From positions 64,962 through 96,961 of the forward strand of contig CAZKBG010000002.1 of assembly GCA_964551375.1 (NCBI GenBank): DNA of 32,000 nucleotides, given 5' to 3'. The position numbers and the translations under genes were made by a program. Under the pieces are notes generated by a model that was not told the origin of the DNA, made no database searches, and saw only the letters and a program-made list of their open reading frames with translations. The stretch comes from an uncultured archaeon (GTDB lineage: Archaea; Iainarchaeota; Iainarchaeia; Iainarchaeales; JAAZKV01). Positions 12,201 to 20,600 of the stretch are shown in pieces. Numbering within the stretch: position 1 is the first letter of the stretch; each line of letters opens with the position of its first letter.

Positions 12201-14513
12201 TCAGGAAACATAAAATACAACGCAGAAGCATTGAATGCTACAGTTGGAACAGTGGAAGAAAGAGAATTGACATTCACAAACAGCGGAAAACTAATCCAGG
12301 AAAAGAAATGGACTCCGTTTGTAGGATTAATGACAGTAAAAGGACAAGAAAAAATATATGATACTACTTACAAATATGATGAGATTAAGGAAAAAGCAAT
12401 AGAAAGAGGAGACTACGAAGAAGAAGACGGGTTCTTTGACAACTTCTTCTCAGGACCAAACAATGTAGGCGAAATAGCGCAAATAGCCGACTCTGATATT
12501 GATGTTAACTCGGTAAGATCATACGAAAAGAAATTCCACTTGCTGTTTGAAGCATGGCAGTACGTTGATTGCGGACCAAGAACATACGCTTGCCCAATAA
12601 AACAAAACGTAAGCTGTGACGTGGATGGAAAGAAAGGAGTAACAGGACCTGAAGGAGTTCCAAGAATATTACTTGACTGGACTTGGGGCGGAGTAGCAAA
12701 GAATGAATGCGACTCGGATGTAAAAAGCACAGGCGACAGATCAGCTTCATACAATTACTGCGACACAACACAATTGACAATTTCAACACTAAAGAAACTA
12801 AGCGAACTAAGGGATTTCTTCTCAAGCCCGACTTACTACTCAAACTTACAGTGCCCAAAAGCAATTGACATAGCAGGAACAAAGACACAAAAATTAAGCG
12901 AAACAGCAATTGATATTGGAATAACAAGCATACAAATGATACCAAATGAAAACGGCGCAACAATAGAAACAATTGTTGAAACAACAAATAATGTTCCAAT
13001 GCAGGCAAAAGTAGCATTCACTTTAACTCGAGCTGACGGCAGCGCAGTTAACGCAAACTGCCCTGAAGAGACAAAAACAATAACAAGCAGCGGCAAATTC
13101 ACTTGCACTGTTACACAAACAGGAACAGGAAGCATTGGAGTAGGAACATTCAATGTAGTTGCAGTCATGACTCCAACAATAGTAGCTGGAGTAGAGGATA
13201 ATGTTGCAAGCAATAATATAATTACAGCTTCACTAATAATGGGAAGCACAGGCGCAGCGCAGTGCCTTGGATACAGCACACAAAAAGAAGTGCTTGAAAA
13301 AGTATTCGCAGCAAGTTCAGCAGGCGGAACAAATGTGCTTGAATCAAAGAAATACCTGCTTGAAGATGTGTCATTTAAAGCAAACTTAATCAGAGACGGA
13401 TTCAGTAAAGACTTCAAGGAAGACTTTGACGCATGGGCAATGCAGATACTTGCATCAGCTCCTGAATACAATAACTTAAGAGAATTATTCTTAAGCGACA
13501 AATTCAGCGTAAAATGGCCAACAAAAGGAAGCTCTCCATGGGACGCAGGCAAGTACGACGCTAAATTAGTTGTAACATTCAAAGACAACTGGAAATGGGA
13601 CTACAATAATATTGAATCAGTAGTTCTTGATTTGTCACCACAGGGCGCTCCAGACCCAGACTTTACAATATACAATGTTCCATTTGACGGAATGATTGGA
13701 ATTAATTCTGATGACGGAAGACAAGGATACGGAGCAGATTACGTTCAAAAAACTGAAGACATATTCCAAATAGCTGAAACTGCTGGAAATGTTGTAGCAC
13801 AGCCAAAAGCAGGAAGCAACGCAGCAACAAGAGTAAATATGTCAGTAATTAAAGGAACAAATGCATTCACATTACTAAACAGCTCTCCAACAAGAGGAAA
13901 TGTATTAAGCATTTATAGAATCGGAGACGATGTTGATTTCACAATCACTCCAAGCCTTGCAGTGCCGGTAATACTTGATATTGAAAGAAAAGCAGAAAGC
14001 GATGCAGCAGCATTCTACACTGCAGAAGTAAACGGACAGCCGCAAGAAACAGGAACAAGCTTTATCTCATGGACTGGAATCGGACAGGGATGCGTTGCAT
14101 TTGACGGAACAAGCATGACACAGTACTATAATACTCCTGATTACAAAGCAAATTCATGCTTCATTGGATATGACGGATACGGACTATGCTGGCCAATGGC
14201 AAAAGTATCAGGAAAATCATCCTTCTACGGACAATTCTTCGCTCCACAGGACACAGTAACAGTTCTAAAAGTTACAGGCTCTAAAGGAACAGCAGGATTT
14301 TACACTACATTTGGAGAAGGCACAACAATACAAGTTGGAACAACAGGCAGCGAAATAAGAACGCTTGAAAAAGTGCTTGCGCTTGTAAAAGAAAAGAAAG
14401 TATGTGTAATCGGCGGAGACTACTACTGGAATAATTCTGAATTCACAGGCGACACTGAGTTCAAATCACAGATGAACGCCCGCGAAAACACATGCATTGA
14501 CAAAAGACCTTAA
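6240..14513 (+). CDS. Giant N-terminally anchored surface protein (2757 aa): cytoplasmic 'EEKWYAFWDKVD' segment, TM helix, many Ig-like/carboxypeptidase-regulatory-like repeats, coiled coil, Cys/Trp-rich C-terminal module
   Basis: Uninterrupted ORF. TM 'VIPTFALFLIIIFLILLFAGYALL' near the N-terminus. Repeats such as 'VKVIAKDRDANPLQFAEVQLFD...VVKKEGYESY'. C-terminal 'LDWTW', 'FSKDFKEDF', 'DGRQGYGA' and 'CVIGGDYYWNN' are shared with the 14659 ORF. Confidence 0.9.
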   Translation: MGIGESLKGIYYSGEEKWYAFWDKVDAHIPVYKVIDPIDSVIPTFALFLIIIFLILLFAGYALLGGIAPATATLKLSVVDSDGMGVSGATVTVEGVDGEFYSNDFGLIEDLIVPFNSTLEVNAEKGESKTTIPITIDEFEKIAEVVLPVERISFEQKTIRFQSEDGALIQSELRLHYTCSSGVAAPEDVTIYTGSANLAQPANCGTLEVEVTSSKYERARFSVSGPSGVFTLKLLAPVEKGRATVNLKYESRLITEQVTVQAFRADNAFLPVNSATSVNGQVQFELPLGDYKFKSLMQSGYKQKESSVVSITKANSNPVIDLDLQKEIIGVIVVQAKENGAALSGVHMSLTKKLLTRQEPVIDRDTNEGGYVQFEIAEDANYTVTATKDNYCEVSVAVSIGDSRVISMKQNDSTCGYKLIARVIDQDNKPVAHAKAAIFIETAEDIYKMPRAEQVTGYNGDANWNPVRKTNSDEKFKVFAYKASYSGWSEARVFDSLSSSTPFVVKLEIPMGTVKVIAKDRDANPLQFAEVQLFDEYDGTAVSGRKLIENADGSIEFNLKADKRVYAVVKKEGYESYTTLPTMMVAGGTITFDVELFKPPVQEIFVRSLGFFKNGTPVLKVEPSQEYDALFELTAPSTKTYSELGFFVRMGADNMTKTELDKIFIKDVMASGVKSIVTGATYNKPMGYYNTDSKYTNLEESKWAEIKWPMNGYVPGKIIVGVKVKIRPTAQAEERLELGYRAWGKTTSGVYERDLIDDELGTSQSSTTKQELYASTKPDYITVGMETLCDTPESGKSFCITATYTDPDGFTKSFNDSFDTKNNTPYNVSIKIMNNSTVGFDDAKIMVENPEENLYMGTMTAVTPRFSPSEINVNGYATDWIDMPRYVKNSSIEIQSMQLTPQKTGTGTLLVKIREGASMIYEKAFTVNIASDKKLTVRFMKGGVFGDEMPKLVSGKTELLTVKALNTVSGLEVQDAVVKLFDRFGTKLFEATTNKLGVATIQIPASLPGERLVLSIEKSEYETVRKDIVIAEDVVSVDPTSLNFTVNPQSKLTDMKTVKITNETAIDLYIKSITLTGKLKGVLDEASISAWFENFKGKKIKSQDYEEVVFKVASAAVVPTAEDLEGTFNITLISQGKEWVKEIPAKIRVGLGKDVDNQSCLEVTKTMWDTTTRGAQVEASFELRNNCTVNGAPVILKNIGATVSQSTTVTGTFNAQSKNIQVELGSAFARIFKTSMDKGEKVPVTIKFTPMPGSAGIATGSIIFEALNNTDSKAQKLTAEMKYNIIYENLQDCVVLGADELTIEEEGSGTFTVNNNCKSKVDVILRPQDLQGSINNTDFKLNAGENKEVTVKSYKGQIAGAYNVVLEARSTGASLEPVANIKVIIEPKSSCFKLTRYVYDIFDYEDSVNPFDGIDRGYLINNCVTKNVTAKVTGTIPYDSSAILKTMLWGGLVGGVTAYFKTGKFWPDSWFNKKDPKVSSNIQTGYTDVAHAQRSELTRVSTEMQTAKETNYGQIDAKLKALKKQADDTNAKVVNRYNLNRAECEKISANPADASRIACLTKATSIKADAQAIITKQYAAAETDINALREKLKKAEAEFSTQLKASGEKMDSYTEQQRSNASFQVGQGTINNEKANREMDATLRANISNLRNEMNAKIDAWNGYRSDFMNTLYKKYEKLDLSDVEKQKNNKITADAAKPEKYSLTTAALDAVTVDKVEEKEFSTAPAITAIDTTKSGPSQIASNGLASTNATTVTATDVITSSDGYTLIKDDGTNPSAAPADYQPMNSLTSNIGRYYRNPESLIVRPTGNDSYTVTRNDGQLIGTWSYNNSVWTETIDSSTNYYDSSFNHLKKNAKVDGFFLLATSGTGASTGSTSSSGSNSNQSSGMNAILNGVIGYGAGSVMPNGLGGALAGALTTGFMQWMQAQDTTVNYKDTFEMNWIEFVSATLDSPSGVKMDVGEAMYDYETYYGTTVTGSTVSETTNATYSGNIKYNAEALNATVGTVEERELTFTNSGKLIQEKKWTPFVGLMTVKGQEKIYDTTYKYDEIKEKAIERGDYEEEDGFFDNFFSGPNNVGEIAQIADSDIDVNSVRSYEKKFHLLFEAWQYVDCGPRTYACPIKQNVSCDVDGKKGVTGPEGVPRILLDWTWGGVAKNECDSDVKSTGDRSASYNYCDTTQLTISTLKKLSELRDFFSSPTYYSNLQCPKAIDIAGTKTQKLSETAIDIGITSIQMIPNENGATIETIVETTNNVPMQAKVAFTLTRADGSAVNANCPEETKTITSSGKFTCTVTQTGTGSIGVGTFNVVAVMTPTIVAGVEDNVASNNIITASLIMGSTGAAQCLGYSTQKEVLEKVFAASSAGGTNVLESKKYLLEDVSFKANLIRDGFSKDFKEDFDAWAMQILASAPEYNNLRELFLSDKFSVKWPTKGSSPWDAGKYDAKLVVTFKDNWKWDYNNIESVVLDLSPQGAPDPDFTIYNVPFDGMIGINSDDGRQGYGADYVQKTEDIFQIAETAGNVVAQPKAGSNAATRVNMSVIKGTNAFTLLNSSPTRGNVLSIYRIGDDVDFTITPSLAVPVILDIERKAESDAAAFYTAEVNGQPQETGTSFISWTGIGQGCVAFDGTSMTQYYNTPDYKANSCFIGYDGYGLCWPMAKVSGKSSFYGQFFAPQDTVTVLKVTGSKGTAGFYTTFGEGTTIQVGTTGSEIRTLEKVLALVKEKKVCVIGGDYYWNNSEFTGDTEFKSQMNARENTCIDKRP

Positions 14514-14604
14514 TTAATTAAAAGGTTTTTCAAAATTTAACCCTAAAAAATCACAAAATTATTTTTTTGGGCAGTGCAAACAAAGATTTTTGCGCATGAA
14601 TAAT

Positions 14605-14614
14605 GTTTAAATAC
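14605..14614 (+). promoter_or_regulatory. Putative archaeal TATA box for the 2538-aa giant gene
   Basis: GTTTAAATAC about 45-50 nt upstream of ATG 14659. Confidence 0.4.
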
Positions 14615-14658
14615 AACAAAATCGTTCTTTTAATGAAATAACCAAAAAGTGTTGCACC

Positions 14659-17600
14659 ATGGCTGATGGAATAAAGGGAGTTTACTATGCTATTGAAGAT
14701 AAATGGTACGCTTTCTGGGACTCGGTTGACAGAGTTCTTCCAGTAGGCGGAGTAATTGACGCAATTGACACAGTAATTCCAAGCATGATACTTTTTATTT
14801 TAGTAATAATACTATTAATCGCATTTGGCGCATTCTTTTTACTAAGCGCAAACCAAGTATTTGACGCGACATTCACAGTTCAGACATTTGACGGCAGACC
14901 AGTGAATGACACTCTTTTAAGCGTTGAATTAATGGAAAATGGGGAGCTTGTAAAAACATTTGAGCAAAGAACTGATTCAGTTGGAGTTGTTACATTTAAT
15001 GCAATAAAGATGGGGCAGGAACTGATTTTTGATATTAACATAAGCAAAGGAACATTCAGCGGCTCATTTGTTATGGGCGAAGGCGCAATGGATGAAGTAA
15101 TAACGCTTGAAGAAAGAAGAGTGCCGCTAAATCTTTCCCCAGTTGTGAAAAAAATACTTGTAAAAGAATCAAGCGGATTTTTAGCAAGAGAACCTATTTC
15201 ATTAGTTTTTGGATGCGAATCATCAATTGTTCTTCCAAACCCATCAAAAGCAACTTTTTCAGGAACATTTGCAGTTGAAGTAACTGAACCAGTTGGATGC
15301 CGTTTAACTGCGACAGTAAATAATCCAAAGTACAAGCAGAAGACTTATTTAATTCAGTCGACAAATTATGATTTATTCCTTGAGCCAATAGAGCCGGTTG
15401 GAACACAATTAAAAGTAATAATCCGCTCTGCAGGATTTCCTGTAAGCGGAACAAATTTTAAAATAAAAATAACAGGAGACGCTAGTTACGAACTTGCAAC
15501 AACAGGCGAATCACAGGCAAGCGCAAATGTTAACCCCGGAAATTACTTAATCACTGTTACTGACCCAAAAGGAAATTATGGTTTAGTATCCAAAAATGTT
15601 ACTGTCACTTCAACAACAGAAGTTTTGGTGGAAGTATCAAAAACTGTAAAAGCACGGGCTACTATAAAAGTAATTGACAGCGAAACAGGCGTTGCAATTT
15701 CAAACGCAATTGTAAATTTAAGAGATTCATTTGGAAGAGAACTTGCAACTCAATTAACTGATAGCCTTGGATATACAACATACAGCTTTACTGATTTAGG
15801 CGATTATTCATTCATTGCTAAAAGAGCAGGGGACCTTAACGGAGGATACCTTCCAAAGGAATCGAAACAGACAATTTCAACTGATACAAATTTTACAATG
15901 GCGCTTGAGGCAATTACAGAAGAAAATGCAGGGAGAACAATTGTTACTGTGTACGATCAGGACAAAGTTCCAGTAGCAAATGCAAAAGTAATGCTGAAGT
16001 ACAAAGAAAATGACGGGCTTGTTGAACTAATGCAGGAGAAAAATTACGGACTAACTGACGCAAACGGAGAAGTATCACTAATTGCTGGACAGCCTTCCGG
16101 TTCAGTGTACGCTTACGCAATAAAAGGACCGTTTAACGGAGCATCAATGGACAAAAGGCTTGCAGTTGAAGCAATAAACAAATTTAATATCGAAATGGAA
16201 ATAGGAAGCGCAACAGTAAAAATAAACGTGCTTGACGAATCAGGAAACAAACTTGACGCAACAGCAGAAATACACTTAGTAAGCGGAGTGAGCGCTGATG
16301 AACACGGAATAGCTGGACTAATACCTGTTGAAAGCGGATATGCAGCAAGAAGCGTAAAAGCAGGACAAAAAGTATTTGTAAAAGTAATGGCTGAAACATT
16401 CGAAGACTATTACACAGCCCCAATTGATTTATGGCCTGACAGACCATATGACCTTGAAATTGTGATGCTGAAAAATATAGCTGAAGCAAAAATACTTCCA
16501 AAAGGAGTGTATAATGCAGACGGCGCTTTAGTTCAAACAATGGCTGCAGGAAAGAGATATTATGCTAAATTTTACATCTTATCAAACAGCGCATATGCAA
16601 ATGTAAAATTTAATTTCAGAGCGGGAAAAGAATCACTCCTTGAAAATGACATAATGGAAGTTGATGAAGTAGAAGCAAGCGGACTAACTTCACAGGCAAG
16701 AGGAGTAAGCTATGATCCTCAAAAAGGATATGATTTTGACGGAAATATTCTAAACCGAACAGACGGACTCTCAAAATGGGTTGAAATGGAATGGACTTCA
16801 TTTGGAAAAGGACTAAGAGAAGTAAAAGTATGGTTTAGAATAAAAAACACCGCTGCTCCAAACCAAGAACTTCAATTCTTCTACCGTGGAAAGTTTGATA
16901 ACTTAAGAAAACCTGAAAGCACTGCAGCGCTTGACTTTTACGCAGACACTTATTTCTCAGAAAAATTCTACGTTGGAGCAGAAACAATCTGCAAAGAGGG
17001 CTTCTGTGCAAACTCTGAATGGCTGTACTCCACAAAAAGCGAGCTTTACGTTGACGAACCTTACTCAATAAAACAGACAACAAATTACAATTATCACATA
17101 ACTTTACTTAACAATTCCGGAATTGACTACGGAACTTCAAAAAAACCAGTGACTTTGTCAATTTACGTGATGGGCGATGATTCTGACGACAAGAAAATCA
17201 AAATCAAAAGCTATGAAATAAAGGACTCCATTGGAAGGCTTACAAATAACTCCGCAATATACAGCGCTGAGAACTTATCCATTACTTCATTTGAGAAAAG
17301 CTCCACAATTGACATGCTTTTCAGCCTTGAAGGAATAAAACAGGGCGCAGAAGCGCTTAAGTTTGAGTTAAAATCAGAAGGAAAAATAATTTACTCAAAA
17401 GAAACTGACATAAAAGTTGTGAGAGAAAAAGACTTTAATGTTGGAATATCTCCTCAATTCATCCCTGCTTTGATTAACACAATGATAGAAGTTACAATAG
17501 TGGATGAAAAAGGCGAACCGCTTCCAGGCGCAACAGTAAATGTTTATGCAAAAGAGCCAGGATACGCGCAGTACCCGATTGATTCAAAAGAAACCGACAG

Positions 17601-20600
17601 GCTTGGAAGAGCTGAAGTAAAATCAGGAGCGCATTTTACAAAAACAAAAGTTATAATTGAAATAATAAAAGAAGGATACTCAAGACAAATGTTCTCAACA
17701 ACTGTTTCGGACGATTTAATCATTGCGTCTCCAGAAGAGCTGTTTGTTGAATTAAACACATTTTCAAAAAGAGAAGAAGTTAAAAAAGTTGAATTCGCAA
17801 ACCTTTCAAGAAGCAAAATGGTGCTAAAAAATATAGTTCTTGACTCAAAGTTCAAAGACTTGATAAATGAAGAAGCATTAAACGCATATTTTGAAGAACT
17901 GACACTTGAACAAAAGACAGTGAAGGGAGAGGACACGCTTGAAATAGAATTTATGAAAATAAGGCTTGCGAATTCAATTAACGAAGATAATTTCATTGAA
18001 CCTATTACTGTAGAAGGAATTGTAAAATTAGTATTTGTAGAACCTGAATCAGGGCTTACATTCAATATAGAACTTCCACTAAGAGTAAATGTATCCTCAA
18101 GCGCAAATCCAGACGCTGAATGCCTGATAATAAAACCAACAAGCAAAACAAGCATGACAACAGAAAACGCGCAGGTTAGATTTAATTTTGAATTAATCAA
18201 CGCATGCACTTCAGACGGAGTAGGAATACCTCTTCAATCGCTAATGGTGCAAGCTCCTGCTGAAATACCAGGAATTGCTGAAATAAGCCTAAGAAACTCA
18301 ACAGGCTCCTCAATTGGAATTACAGCTCTTGACGGCGGAAAAAGAAAATTAGTGGATAATGTCCGCGCAAACGAAAAATTATTCGGCGAAATAACATTTG
18401 CTCCAGGCCAAGAAGCGGTTGGCAAATCAGTACAGATTGCAGTTTCGTACGAAGCAAAGTTTAAGGGAACTACAGTAACAAGCAGTCCTTCAACAGTGAC
18501 TTATACAGCAAATGTAGTAAACCTAAAAGAATGCATGACAATAAGCTCCGAATCAGCTCCTGTTGAATTTAAGGGCAAATCAAAAATCAAAATTGACACA
18601 ACAGCATGCCTTGGGCAAATGATTGACATAATACTTTGCAAAGAAGATTCAGGATGCTCGGGTGGAGCGGACGGTAAAATTGTTTTAAGCAAAAAAACAT
18701 TCACACTTCAAAACAAAGCAGAAGAAATTGAAGCATATAATCCAACATACCCTGGAACTTACGGCGTAACAGTGCACGCAAGAACCAGAGGAACAGCAGG
18801 ATTCTCATACATAGGCGAAGTGCCTGTATCTTTCCTTGAATCTGAAACTAAATACTTCAACTTAAACAAATTTGAATTAACTTTAGTTGGAACAGGCGCA
18901 AAGGACTCAATCATACTTACAAACAAAATGATTTCAGAAACTATAAATGTAAAAGCGGATGAATGCACCTGGGGAAAAGAAGACGCAGAATTTAACTGGT
19001 CAAGCGCATTAACAGGCGCAATGATGGGCGCAATGCTTGGAAACCTAATTGGCTCTGCATACCACCCTGGAACAAAAGACAGCAAAAGCGGGAAAGACAA
19101 AAGTGGCGGAAGCGATGTTGAAGGGATGGACGCAAAAACAAGAGGTGAGGAAATCAGCAGATTAAATGACCTTGAAGCAAAGGGAGGGTTAAGCAGGGAC
19201 CAAGTAGCATATAGAAATGACTTAATCAGCGCGCAAAATAGATTTACAACAGGATATGATTCTTTTATCAACGGCGCAACTGCGCTTAATACGGGAGTGG
19301 ATGTAAGTTCAAGCTCTTCACTATCTTCAGTATTTGGCTCAGGCTCAGCAGCAAGCCTTGGAGTAGGAGAATCAACAACAATGGATACTGAAATGGGAAC
19401 AGTAAGAGTAACAAATATGGGAAACAATGAATACTTTGTACGCTCAAACAGCATTCCTTCAGGAAGAACATACACGGGGGATGTGCAGCTTGGAACAGTT
19501 GGAAATCAATTCGCAAATGCTTATTCAAATACTTCAGGACTTAGAAATTTCTCAAATTCACTTACAATGCCTTTTAGAACCACTCCAAGCACAACAACAT
19601 TAAATCCTTCAACAACAGGGTGGTCAGCTGCGACATATGGGGAAGTTGGACGAATACCAACAAGATATTTTGTTAACCTTCCTGCAATAATACATGCGCA
19701 GGAAAATGCATTGAAAGCAGATTCAAATAAATTATTATTAGCTGGCTCGGGCGGAAGTAGCACAAACTGGGTTCAAATATCACTAACAATAATCGGAGCA
19801 GTAGTTGGCGGATGGCTAATGGGCGACTCAGGATACAAATGCGCTGATAATTACGATGTTGTTCCAATGGAAGACTTTGTAATACTACTTCAGGGAACAA
19901 CAGTTGACTACACAGGACCGACAGGCGAAACAAGCGGAGAAAGAGTAATACCATCAGATGCAGGAGCATTAACATTTACTCTGGACAATATTGCTCCAGC
20001 ATGGAACTTTGAAGACGCGCAGTACGGATCTGAAGAAACTGTTGCAATTGACTTCGAAAATAACGGACTCAACGAGCCTGTTCCAAGATACGGCACATTC
20101 ACTGTGAATGCAAATGTACACAACCATGGAAGCGTAGTTCACAAAGTTGACGGAAGCACTCACACAAGCACTGGAGAAAGCGATTATGATGTATTCTGCA
20201 ATAACGAATCATTTGGAAGCTTTTGGATAGGCTCTGAAAGCAATCAGGGAGACTGCGGAACAGGCGGGAGAATTTCAGTAAGCAATTATTCTCAGAAGTA
20301 TCATTTAAGAGTAATCAGCGGAGAGCCAAAGGATGAAGAATCTTACATTAAGAAAGCAACAACATGCTATATGGGAGCTCTAACTGGAGCAACAGGAAAA
20401 GAAGCATTGCCAAAAGTAAAACTTGACTGGACATGGGACTCAATTAAAGCAGATACATGCGATTACACAAATCCTGACCACGTTTATTGTGACGGAACTC
20501 AATTCATGATTTCACTTACAAAGAAACTATCTCAGCTTCAGAAATTCATGAGAACAAACGGGGGCAAATTTGAATGTCCTCCTGACGAAATAGAAAATGA

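Noticed and set aside
12836-13588. 250-aa minus-strand ORF inside the second giant
   Set aside because: Fully antisense to a strongly supported coding frame. Its composition mirrors the sense-strand codon bias and there is no recognisable domain or promoter. The same applies to the minus-strand ORFs at 17544-18209, 18759-19475, 9551-10090, 725-1159 and others.
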